Below, piece by piece: positions 45,539 through 53,702 of a stretch of DNA of 64,000 bases. Under the pieces are notes generated by a model, which was not told where the DNA came from, did no database searches, and was given only the letters and a program-made list of their open reading frames with translations. Origin of the DNA: Syntrophorhabdaceae bacterium (GTDB lineage Bacteria; Desulfobacterota; Syntrophorhabdia; Syntrophorhabdales; Syntrophorhabdaceae). Numbering within the stretch: position 1 is the stretch's first letter; each line of letters begins with the position of its first letter. Both the position numbers and the translations under genes were made by a program. The stretch lies in the NCBI GenBank assembly GCA_036504895.1, contig DASXUJ010000088.1:85296-149295 (forward strand), given 5' to 3'.

Positions 45539-45674
45539 GGCCGGTGAATCGGGCGGGATGATTCAGGTTCGTTGTCCACTAAGCATTTGAGGCCGTCGGC
45601 CGTATATTGATACGCCAGAGGACCAAAGCGGAAGTGGGCGACGGAGATGGAGCATCCCGACCGATTCACCGGCC
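45539..45674 (+). ncRNA. Candidate structured RNA: long rod with a central 10/10-nt bubble (6S-like shape; identity unproven)
   Basis: 45539-45560 pairs with 45653-45674 (14 bp, one G-A mismatch, 7 bp). 45571-45580 pairs with 45633-45642 (10 bp, including two G-U pairs that are valid only on the plus strand). An apical hairpin sits at 45591-45617. A TAAAAT -10-like box is at 45512-45517. Confidence 0.35.
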
Positions 45675-45812
45675 GTCCAAGTTCTTAGAAGAACACCCTT
45701 ATCCCCCAAAAACGTCCCGTCCCCTGTGATTCCGCCTTTTCCTGTCTTATATTTTTTTCAATCGGCAGGAACCGAGGGATCGCCCAATTACATACAAATA
45801 CAGGAGGAGACG

Positions 45813-46349
45813 ATGATTCCCAAAAGAGTGCGTGACGCGATGAACGAGCAGATCAAGTTTGAGCTGGAGTCTTACTACATCTATCTTTCCATGGTCGCCT
45901 ACTTCCATTCTCAGAACCTGGACGGCATGGCCCACTGGATGCGCTGCCAGGCCCACGAGGAGATGATCCACGCCATGAAATTCTTCGACCAGATCATAGA
46001 CCGCTCGGAGACGGTCGAGCTTCTCGACCTGAAGCAGATCAAGACCGCCTGGAAATCTCCCTTGGAAGCATGGCAGGACGCCTACGCCCACGAGAAGTTC
46101 ATCACCGCAAAGATCAACGACATTATCGGGATCGCCCGCGAAGAAAAGGACTACTCCTCGGACCCGATCCTCACCTGGTTTTCCAAGGAGCAGATCGAGG
46201 AAGAGCAGAGCACTGAAAAGGTAGCCCGCGAGCTCGAGATGATAGGGGACGATAAGCACGCCCTCCTTATGATCGACCGTGAGCTGGGCACGCGCGTCTT
46301 TACCGCGGGCTCCCCCCTCGATCCCGCTGCCTATAATCTCGCGACCTGA
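45813..46349 (+). CDS. ftn: Ferritin (non-haem, Ftn type)
   Basis: ..MNEQIKFELESYYIYLSMVAYF..QAHEEMIHAMKF..AYAHEKFIT.. are ferroxidase-centre blocks. AGGAGGAG RBS before the ATG at 45813. Confidence 0.85.
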   Translation: MIPKRVRDAMNEQIKFELESYYIYLSMVAYFHSQNLDGMAHWMRCQAHEEMIHAMKFFDQIIDRSETVELLDLKQIKTAWKSPLEAWQDAYAHEKFITAKINDIIGIAREEKDYSSDPILTWFSKEQIEEEQSTEKVARELEMIGDDKHALLMIDRELGTRVFTAGSPLDPAAYNLAT

Positions 46350-46356
46350 TGCATCG

Positions 46357-46566
46357 ATGGCCAAAGAGATAGAGTTTCTCGTGCATGAATCGGCGGAGGG
46401 CGGCTACGAGGCCGAGGCCCTCTGCCACTGCATCTGCACCCAGGCCGACTCCTTCGAAGCCCTGAAGGAGGCCATAGAGGACGCGGTCTGCTGCCATTTT
46501 GATGATTCAGAGAAACCGGAGACGATCCTCATTCGCGTGGGGGAAGGCGAGGCCGTGCCTCTATGA
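46357..46566 (+). CDS. hicB: HicB-like antitoxin (minimal, 69 aa)
   Basis: MAKEIEFLVHESAEGGYEAEAL...FEALKEAIEDAV.. is a UPF0150/HicB-type fold signature. It overlaps the hicA start by 4 nt. Confidence 0.6.
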   Translation: MAKEIEFLVHESAEGGYEAEALCHCICTQADSFEALKEAIEDAVCCHFDDSEKPETILIRVGEGEAVPL

Positions 46567-46808
46567 AAATTCCGAGGGACCTCCACGGCACGGAACCCGC
46601 AAGGCTCCTCGAAAAGCTCGGATATCATATCACCCGTCAGACGGGAAGCCATATGAGACTCACGACCCTCGTAAGCCCCGTGCACCACATCACGATCCCC
46701 AACCATACCCGCCTCAAAACCGGCACCCTCGATTCCATCCTCAGGGAAGCGGCCGGTCAGCTCGGCCTCTCGAAGGAAGAAGTGGTGGAGCGCCTGCGGC
46801 GAGGGTGA
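46563..46808 (+). CDS. hicA: HicA-like mRNA interferase toxin
   Basis: ..ARLLEKLGYHITRQTGSHMRL.. is the YcfA/HicA core with the catalytic His in GSH. Confidence 0.65.
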   Translation: MKIPRDLHGTEPARLLEKLGYHITRQTGSHMRLTTLVSPVHHITIPNHTRLKTGTLDSILREAAGQLGLSKEEVVERLRRG

Positions 46809-46809
46809 G

Positions 46810-47025
46810 GCGTGTGAGGCGTTAAAGCGTGTGATGCGTGTGATGGGTTAAAAAACGAAAATCGGATAACGGAGAAGCCAAAAGGCTGGAAACCAAATTC
46901 GAAGGTTTGTGTCCTTTCCGATATACGGTATACGTTTTCCGTTATCTTTTTCCGATTTCCTATTTTCCCCGCCTTTAACGCATTACACGCATTACACGCA
47001 TTACACGCATGAACGCTTTACACGC
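46810..47025. repeat. Composite inverted repeat carrying 9-mer iterons (GCGTGTRAK on the left; ATTACACGC x3 plus a partial copy on the right)
   Basis: Left copies are at 46810-18, 46827-35 and 46836-44. Right copies are at 46982-90, 46991-99 and 47000-08, with a partial at 47018-25. Inner inverted arms AAATCGGATAACGGAGAA (46858-75) and TTCCGTTATCTTTTTCCGATTT (46937-58) flank a core that contains a TTCGAA-centred hairpin. Confidence 0.8.
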
Positions 47026-47119
47026 TTAAATCTTCTCCCCCAAGGGATTCAGAGGAGGTAGTGGGGGTAAAGCTTTCCCTCGGGGGAGAGGGGAGACTTG
47101 TTCGGAGGGGATTTTGAGG

Positions 47120-48184
47120 CTATTTGAGGCGTACCCCTGTGAGCAATTGGCTCACAATGCGGTCCATTGCATCCTTCTTCCGCTCGGTTCTGGGGGCGGC
47201 CTCTTTCTTGCTCCATACCGATTCGGGCCTTACCTGGAGGATGATGATATTCTCCGGGAAAGGCATATCCTCATCGATGCCGAATTCTATGTCATATGCT
47301 TTTCCGTAATAATTCTCGATAAGCTTTCCGATGCGGGAGAGTTCCCTCAACTCCTCGATGGTAAGGCAGGTCACGCCTCTCTTCTCTTCGTCCACCGGGA
47401 CCTGAATGATGTCGCTTCCGCCCTCCCGGTAGATGCACTGGGTCTCCTTGCTCCCTTTACTGGCCTTGATAAGGTCGAGGGTGATCTTATCCATGAGAAA
47501 GGTATCGGGCGTAACGAGACCGCTTACCACGGCCTCGCCGAGACCATAACTCGCATCGATCGATATCTTCGAGGGATCGCCGTTCACGGGATTGATGGTA
47601 AAGATGATGCCCGATACCCGGGAGCGGACCATCTTGGGGATGCCCACCCCGATGTTGAAGAGAAAGGGCATCCCCTTGTTCATCCTGTACATGATGGCTT
47701 CCACATTGTATGCGCTCGCCCAGCATTTCTTGATATAGCGGATCAGGTCTTCTTCACCCCTGATATTGAGGTAGGTCTCCATCTGGCCCGGCATCGATAT
47801 GGCTCCGCTCGATCGGACCGCCGCAGGACAGATCCCCGTTTTGGTCCGCTCGCAGAGCCCGCGATAGCATGAAAGTATCTCTTTCTCGAGGTCGGCGGGC
47901 ACCTCTGCGTTCTCGATGAGGTTCATGGCAAAATCGCTCGCTTCCTTTGCCGTTTCATACGTCACCTGGCCCAGGTCTTTGAGGCGCTTCTCCAGCTCCG
48001 CCTTGATCGAGGTCTTGATGAGAAAGTAGTCGTTGGCAAGGATGGTGATGGCAAAGCCCGGTGAAACCGGTATGCCGGCTTTTATCATTTCTCCGAGATT
48101 GGCGTTCTTCTTTCCCACGAAGGTGAAATCGGAGCCCTCCATCTCGTCATACCACATGGTGTACGCTTTTTCTTTCTCACCCAT
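47120..48184 (-). CDS. PEP-synthase N-terminal (PPDK_N ATP-grasp) domain protein, PpsB-like
   Basis: ..FVGKKNANLGEMIKAGIPVSPGFAIT.. and later ATP-grasp blocks. GGAGGT RBS before the ATG at 48184. Confidence 0.8.
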   Translation of the reverse strand: MGEKEKAYTMWYDEMEGSDFTFVGKKNANLGEMIKAGIPVSPGFAITILANDYFLIKTSIKAELEKRLKDLGQVTYETAKEASDFAMNLIENAEVPADLEKEILSCYRGLCERTKTGICPAAVRSSGAISMPGQMETYLNIRGEEDLIRYIKKCWASAYNVEAIMYRMNKGMPFLFNIGVGIPKMVRSRVSGIIFTINPVNGDPSKISIDASYGLGEAVVSGLVTPDTFLMDKITLDLIKASKGSKETQCIYREGGSDIIQVPVDEEKRGVTCLTIEELRELSRIGKLIENYYGKAYDIEFGIDEDMPFPENIIILQVRPESVWSKKEAAPRTERKKDAMDRIVSQLLTGVRLK

Positions 48185-48226
48185 CCTTACCTCCGGCACG
48201 TGCAGTCTATTTTCGGATGACCGCGG

Positions 48227-50068
48227 CTACTTCGCCCGCTCCAGTATCTTTACCAGTCCCGTATCTCCATCGATACGGATAAGGTCGCCGGTCTTTATGA
48301 TCTGGGTCCCTTTTCCGGTGCCCACTACCGTGGGCAGACCGTATTCGCGGCAGACGATCGCCGCGTGGCACATGGGTCCTCCCACATCGGTCACGGCCCC
48401 CGCGATCTTCACAAAGCTTGGCGCCCAGCTCGGCGACGTGGTGGTGGCGACGAGAATCTCCCCTTCCTGGAGGTCGGCAAGCTGCTCCACGTTCTTCAAG
48501 ACCCTCGCTTTCCCCGTCACTACACCGGAGGAGCCGGCAGAACCCTGGATCTCGTCCGAGGTCTCGCCTTCCGCCGGACCGGCAAGCCACTGCTGGAGTG
48601 AGCTCGTGGTCACGCCCCAGAGCACGATGGTAAAAGGCTCCGTCACCACTTCGGGCGGAACGCCGAGCGCTGCCGGCGGGGTCCACTGTTTGAACTTCTC
48701 ATACACCTCTTTTCTCCAGGCGATCTCCTTGGGCCAGTACGAGGGGCCCCGTGCCCTTACCCCTGTTGCCCATGACGTGGCGTGGTCCCAGAGGGCCTGT
48801 TTGATCTCGTCCCTCTTGAGAAACCATATGTCCTCATCGGCGTTTTTCATAAATCCCGCATTTTCGAGGATCTTGCCCACCTGGCGCACTTTGCCCCAGA
48901 AGATGCTGTGGAACCAGTGCTCCACGTAAAAACAGTGGTCTTCCGCGTAGGGGAGCACGAGGCGGGCCACGGCGAGGCCCTGGTCGAAGGCCGCCCTGTC
49001 GTCATCCGTCTTGATGAGCTTGCGGTATTCGTCGGCGATCCTGTCGCGCTCCTTGAGGATGGCCTCGGTAGGCCTGCCGATCTCTTTGCCCGACTTTATC
49101 GTCTTGATATTGGTCCGTATGGCATCGAAGGGGATGTCGAGATTGTCGTTCCAGCTAATATGGGTGTGGTACCATCCCGTGCCCGTGGAGATATAGAACC
49201 AGGGGTAACGGGACTTCTCCATCTCCTTAAGCCATTCTTTTCCCGCGGGGATCTTTTCAAGCTCGGCGATGACCTCCTTCGATTTCACCGGTTTCAGGAA
49301 AATCTCATCGACCCCTTCCTCGAGGGCGAGCTTGGCGAGCCGGATAAGCTCCGCGTCGGGCCGGAAGAGGATTGCCTCGATGCCCGCGGACATTTTCACC
49401 AGGGTGGAGATGGGGATGCCGGGGAAGATCTGGTCCGCCGTGTTGAAAAAGGTCACCTGCGCCGCATAGGCAAGGTTCAGGAACTCGAAGTGGTGCTGCC
49501 AGCAGAGGAGCCCCAGGTTGATGAGCTCGTCATATTTTCTCAGCAGTTCGTACCCGCTCCCCTTGCCGACGCCGTCCCTGATGACGCTGATATCCTCCAT
49601 TTCAGGAAGGTCGGTGAAGGAGATGGCCTCGAGTTGGTCGATTACGTTCGTCATCTTCTTCTTCCAGTTCTCGTAGAGGCGGTCCCAGTTTTCATAGTAA
49701 TAACCGGCGCGCTCCACGAAAAGGGGCACCCGCTTCCCGATCTCCTCCATGCTCGGCACACCCACGGGACTGATATAGACGTAGCCGTTTACCACCCTGT
49801 GGTCGATGCCGAGGGCCGGCGGGACCATGAAATGGCGGGTATTGTACTGGGACAGGGCGAGGGACCATGCTTCATCCCATATGAGGTCGAAGGGGTAATG
49901 GGGCTCAGGATAATGGAGACCGTCATAGAACCAGATCTGATTGCTTTCGAAGGCTGCTCTTTCAGGATCTTCTTTGGAGAACTGGTACTGGTAAGGGTAC
50001 ATCTTCTCCCAACCCTCGGTGCCCGGAATGGCCGGAACATCGTGGGGGTCCGTGAATCGTGTCGCCAT
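48227..50068 (-). CDS. PEP-utilising-enzyme mobile (phospho-His swivel) domain protein with large N-terminal domain, PpsA-like
   Basis: The C-terminus ..GSSGVVTGKARVL..EGEILVATTTSPSWAPSF..AGAVTDVGGPMCHAAIVCREYGLPTVVG.. is the PEP_mobile domain. GGGAGGAGGG RBS before the ATG at 50068. Confidence 0.8.
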   Translation of the reverse strand: MATRFTDPHDVPAIPGTEGWEKMYPYQYQFSKEDPERAAFESNQIWFYDGLHYPEPHYPFDLIWDEAWSLALSQYNTRHFMVPPALGIDHRVVNGYVYISPVGVPSMEEIGKRVPLFVERAGYYYENWDRLYENWKKKMTNVIDQLEAISFTDLPEMEDISVIRDGVGKGSGYELLRKYDELINLGLLCWQHHFEFLNLAYAAQVTFFNTADQIFPGIPISTLVKMSAGIEAILFRPDAELIRLAKLALEEGVDEIFLKPVKSKEVIAELEKIPAGKEWLKEMEKSRYPWFYISTGTGWYHTHISWNDNLDIPFDAIRTNIKTIKSGKEIGRPTEAILKERDRIADEYRKLIKTDDDRAAFDQGLAVARLVLPYAEDHCFYVEHWFHSIFWGKVRQVGKILENAGFMKNADEDIWFLKRDEIKQALWDHATSWATGVRARGPSYWPKEIAWRKEVYEKFKQWTPPAALGVPPEVVTEPFTIVLWGVTTSSLQQWLAGPAEGETSDEIQGSAGSSGVVTGKARVLKNVEQLADLQEGEILVATTTSPSWAPSFVKIAGAVTDVGGPMCHAAIVCREYGLPTVVGTGKGTQIIKTGDLIRIDGDTGLVKILERAK

Positions 50069-50094
50069 AAGCCCTCCTCCCTTTTCAGGATTGT

Positions 50095-50742
50095 CTATAG
50101 TCTGAACCACTTAGGTTCATCGAAACGCTCGGTGCAACGGAGTACTCGGCTTGCATAGTTTCGTACGAACTGATTCCTGAGTTTCAGAGTGATTTTCCTG
50201 AATTCTTCGTTATTGAGGAGACGCCCTATATCAACGGGGTCTTTGAAGGTGAACTCGGCAACGATCTCGTTCGCGCCGCCCAGGATGACGTTCCATCCCC
50301 CTGTTATGTCGACGTAGTCGATCCTGGCCATCACGGGGAGGTGTTCTTTGATGATGAATTCGGCGTAGGCCTCCTTCATGCCCGGCCGCAAATCATAATA
50401 CTGGTTGAGCTTCCACACCCCCTTTTGTATGCTGTACTCTTCGTATTTGACCCGTCCCGTGGGCTCCATAACGGAGCTTTTATAATTGTAGACGAGGCCT
50501 TTCAAGGCGAGGTTCAGCTCCTTGAATTTCTTCTGAGACATGATGCGCGCCAGGTCTTCGAGCTGCGCCACCGCCATAACCCCTATGATCCTGGGCCCGT
50601 GGCCGATCTCCACGTAGTACCCGCCCACGGACGGCAGGCCCATGGCCGCACATTCGGGAATGTAGACCCGGGAGATGAATCCGCCGTATTCCTCTTCCTT
50701 CTCGTGGATAATGTCGTAATTCTCAGCAAATAAAATGGGCAT
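50095..50742 (-). CDS. Hypothetical protein made of two homologous roughly 100-aa halves; first gene of the Pps-like operon
   Basis: AAGGAGA RBS. Half 1 (EEYGGFISRVYIPE..GGYYVEIGHGPRIIGVMAV..EDLARIM..KFKELNLALKGLVYNYKSSVM) aligns with half 2 (EAYAEFIIKEHLPV..GGWNVILGGANEIVAEFTF..VDIGRLL..EFRKITLKLRNQFVRNYASRVL). Confidence 0.6.
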   Translation of the reverse strand: MPILFAENYDIIHEKEEEYGGFISRVYIPECAAMGLPSVGGYYVEIGHGPRIIGVMAVAQLEDLARIMSQKKFKELNLALKGLVYNYKSSVMEPTGRVKYEEYSIQKGVWKLNQYYDLRPGMKEAYAEFIIKEHLPVMARIDYVDITGGWNVILGGANEIVAEFTFKDPVDIGRLLNNEEFRKITLKLRNQFVRNYASRVLRCTERFDEPKWFRL

Positions 50743-50883
50743 GCCTCTCTCCTTTCCATCCGGATTCGCGTTCACACAATAACTTCCCGAGCCGCGCTGC
50801 GTCCCCTCATAAGCAGAACAGTGACCGGCAATAACACTTCGACGGGTTGTATTTCAATTCTAGCCCATAGATGGGGCAAGTCA

Positions 50884-50917
50884 ATTAATTTAATCTTATG
50901 ATCCATAAGAATTAATT
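50884..50917. promoter_or_regulatory. AT-rich near-palindrome AATTAATTTAATCTTATG-ATC-CATAAGAATTAATTA upstream of the Pps-like operon
   Basis: The arms TAATCTTATG (50891-50900) and CATAAGAATTA (50904-50914) are complementary apart from a 1-nt indel. It lies about 150 bp upstream of the ATG at 50742. Confidence 0.4.
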
Positions 50918-51012
50918 ATGTGAAACTTGTGATCGATCGAGATAGTGGAGCTGAAGTGTTTTACATGATCAGGCAGGGGAGGGGGAAGTCTGCCGGGTAT
51001 TTCGACAAGGTG

Positions 51013-51903
51013 CTAGCTTTCAGGAAAATGATGGGACTTTCGGAAGAGAAAGCCGCGCCATGCGTTCTTTTTTTCCATGGTCACGGGGGTATAAGGCTCG
51101 AAGAGGCTGAGAAGTTTTTTGCCATCTCTGCCCAGAATTCCGGAGACGACGATGAACCCTTCCGGCGCGGCCAGGTCTATCACCGTGCGGCTGTGGGCGG
51201 TAAAGGTCCTTATATCGATATTGGCGAGGACGACATCACGGGGGCCGGAAAGGAGGGCGAGGTCGGAGCAGACCACCTTTATGTTGTCCGCCTTGTTGAG
51301 GGCTATGTTCTTTTCCGCGTTCTCCACCGTGTCGGGGTCGTTATCCACGGCAGTCACCCTTTCAGCCCCCAGAAGACGGGCATAGAGGGAGAGTATGGCC
51401 GAGCCGCACCCGAGGTCGATCACGCTCTTTCCCTTAAAATCGATCGAGTTCATGATCTTTATCATGAGGCGCGTCGACTCGTGTCTCCCGGTCCCGAAAG
51501 CCATTCCCGGCTCGATCACAAGCATCGGGCCCTTGGCCCGGCTCCTGTTCCAGGGGGCCCGGACGGTCAGCTCTTCTATCTTTATGGGGCGGAAGTACTG
51601 CTGAGTAAGGGCGCGGTAATCTCTGGGCTCTTCCTCCTCGATCTTCATCTCGAGGACAGGGACGGGTAATTCTTTTACTGCCCGAAGAAAGGCATCGCGG
51701 TTGTCGGGATAAAACCTCACGAGCACGGAATCGCCCTTCTCTTCGGTCCAGACTCCCGAGGGGGAAAGGCGGTAGAGGTCTTCCGGCAGGAGCTCTTCCA
51801 TGCCTTTTTGAAGGCGAAGCTCGATGCGCATCACGGGTAAGGGGCTTGCGTTCTCCCCAGAGGGGATTATTTTGGAAGTTTTTATGAATTTTCTTTCGGT
51901 CAT
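51013..51903 (-). CDS. prmA: Ribosomal protein L11 methyltransferase
   Basis: ..IEPGMAFGTGRHESTRLM..VIDLGCGSAILSLYA..VTAVDNDP.. is the PrmA signature with a SAM-binding motif. Confidence 0.85.
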   Translation of the reverse strand: MTERKFIKTSKIIPSGENASPLPVMRIELRLQKGMEELLPEDLYRLSPSGVWTEEKGDSVLVRFYPDNRDAFLRAVKELPVPVLEMKIEEEEPRDYRALTQQYFRPIKIEELTVRAPWNRSRAKGPMLVIEPGMAFGTGRHESTRLMIKIMNSIDFKGKSVIDLGCGSAILSLYARLLGAERVTAVDNDPDTVENAEKNIALNKADNIKVVCSDLALLSGPRDVVLANIDIRTFTAHSRTVIDLAAPEGFIVVSGILGRDGKKLLSLFEPYTPVTMEKKNAWRGFLFRKSHHFPES

Positions 51904-51967
51904 GACGAATGGGGCGGACAGCTACTCCTTCCCGCGCCTCCAGTATAGCACATTCCCGGCCACACTC

Positions 51968-52072
51968 CTATAGGGGCTCACGTCGCCCCCTCACCCGGCA
52001 AAAGCCGGGTGAGCCTCCCCCCGCCTAAGGCGCCTACTGTTGGTCTCGCTCGCTGTGCGAGCTAATAAGAAC
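51968..52072 (+). repeat. Modular GC-rich intergenic repeat, copy B
   Basis: CTATAGGGGCTCACGTCGCCCCCTCACCCGGCAAAAGCCGGGTGAGCCTCCCCCCGCCTAAGGCGCCTACTGTTGGTCTCGCTCGCTGTGCGAGCTAATAAGAAC. Confidence 0.8.
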
Positions 52073-52177
52073 TTACGGTCTCAAGTTCCCATTGGGATGT
52101 CCGCGTGTCAATCAACCGGGACCTGTGGTATGGAAACGGGGCTGTAGGGTGAGACAGGGGTCAAAACCGAGGTTGTA

Positions 52178-53050
52178 TTAGGGGCGGGGGAAGACGACGC
52201 TCCCCATTTTACCCGTGTCGTAGCCGGTAAAATCCTTTACCCGGTGGAGCAGCGATGGCTGCTGGAAAAAGGTGAGAAACTCTTTGACAGGGGCACTGTA
52301 ATATCGCTCCCGGGGGGCTACCATTTCGAAATTTTCCCTGTAGAGTGGCACGAAATCGAGGCCGAGCACATGGGCCACGTGTCCGATGCCGAACCCCGCG
52401 TCCGCGGCGCCGCTTAAGACTCTATGCCCTACCTGGAGATGTGAGTCGAGCTCCACCTCGTAGCCTTTCATGTTCGAAGGGTCGATCTTTTTTTCCTGGA
52501 GCAGGAAATCCAGGAGGAGTCGCGTGCCCGAGCCGGTCGACCTGTTGACGAAAGTGGCCCCCTTCACGACCACATCTTCGAGCGAGCCGATCCCTTTCGG
52601 ATTGCCTTTAGGCACCATTATGCCCTGATCTCTCGCAAAGAGGTGGATCACCACATATTCATCATTGGCGAGATATTTATTCAGGTAGGAGAGGTTGCTT
52701 TCCTTTTTTTCGGTGTCGATGATATGGACGCATGAAAGGGTTGCCCCGTGGTCCCGTAAGATCTTGAGGCCGTTGATGCTCCCCACGGGCGCATAGAAGA
52801 CGAGGCCCTCATGGTCCCTGTTGTAGGCGGAGATGATGCTGCCCAGGAGGAAATCATCGCTTCCCGCGATATATATCTGCTTTTCCCTCTCCGTATTCTC
52901 GAGCATCCATTTATCGATCAGCTCTTTTATGAATGCGATCTTTCCGCCTATCTTCATAGACGGCACCATCGATTCCTGGGCGAGCTTATAAATTTTCTTT
53001 TCGTTGATTTTAAGGTATCGTGAAAGATCCCTTGCCGACATTATTTCCAT
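52178..53050 (-). CDS. HTH (excisionase/MerR-like) regulator fused to a PBP-like substrate-binding domain
   Basis: N-terminus MSARDLSRYLKINEKKIYKLAQESMVPSMKIGGKIAF (HTH_17 type). The C-terminal periplasmic-binding-protein-like fold (..NRSTGSGTRLLLD..) resembles ModE/MoeA-associated regulators. Confidence 0.65.
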   Translation of the reverse strand: MEIMSARDLSRYLKINEKKIYKLAQESMVPSMKIGGKIAFIKELIDKWMLENTEREKQIYIAGSDDFLLGSIISAYNRDHEGLVFYAPVGSINGLKILRDHGATLSCVHIIDTEKKESNLSYLNKYLANDEYVVIHLFARDQGIMVPKGNPKGIGSLEDVVVKGATFVNRSTGSGTRLLLDFLLQEKKIDPSNMKGYEVELDSHLQVGHRVLSGAADAGFGIGHVAHVLGLDFVPLYRENFEMVAPRERYYSAPVKEFLTFFQQPSLLHRVKDFTGYDTGKMGSVVFPRP

Positions 53051-53702
53051 TTTAGAGTATACAACAGGGTTTGTAATTTTTCAATTTTCAGTCTATGTAT
53101 GTTATGGTTATTATTAGTATGTTAAGGTTTGTATCATTCAATATATGTCATAACTTTTTCAAGAATAATTTTACTTTTTTATGGAAATTTTTAGTGGTGG
53201 GGTTTGGGAAGGGTCTATTCTTCCCTTTCGAGTGGTCGATTCACATGAACACCCACATATTATTTTGATAAACAATATTTTCATCTCCCCATACTGCATG
53301 TTCTTCAGAGCCGTGTCGCAGTAAACAGGAGAAGATAATTCCTTTACGACGCCTGAACGTTCACTTGTGGGCTCACCAGGCATATAGTATGACCAAAATC
53401 GCACATTTTTCAGGGATATAGGGTTGAAGGGTGAATGGAATAGAATCTTTCGTCATGGATGAAAATAGTTATAAGGGCGGAGGAAAAGTTTTTGTACGGA
53501 CTCTCGGACGGTCGGACCCACCATTCCTCATCCGCGATTGCATCGTCGCTCCATCGCCGGGCCCCACAAATCCCTTGAGATTCCTACCGTTTTAAGGTAC
53601 CTTTTCATATATAGCCATAGGCAGTCAGTACGGACTCGTGTGGTGATAAAAATATGCTCAGGCTCCCGGCGTAGCCGGTCAGGGAAGCCATGAGGGGGTA
53701 TA

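Noticed and set aside
46810-47025. CRISPR array, because of tandem short repeats
   Set aside because: The repeat units are only 9 nt and directly abut each other with no spacers. They occur in two opposing blocks, and there are no cas genes in the window.
53171-53404. 77-aa minus-strand ORF in the AT-rich block
   Set aside because: It has no RBS and its codon composition is unlike neighbouring genes. The ORF is plausibly a by-product of AT-rich sequence with few GC-containing stops. No family resemblance.
53528-53702. T-box or attenuator leader upstream of proS
   Set aside because: There is no specifier-loop/T-box sequence and no terminator/antiterminator pair. The spacer looks like an ordinary promoter region.
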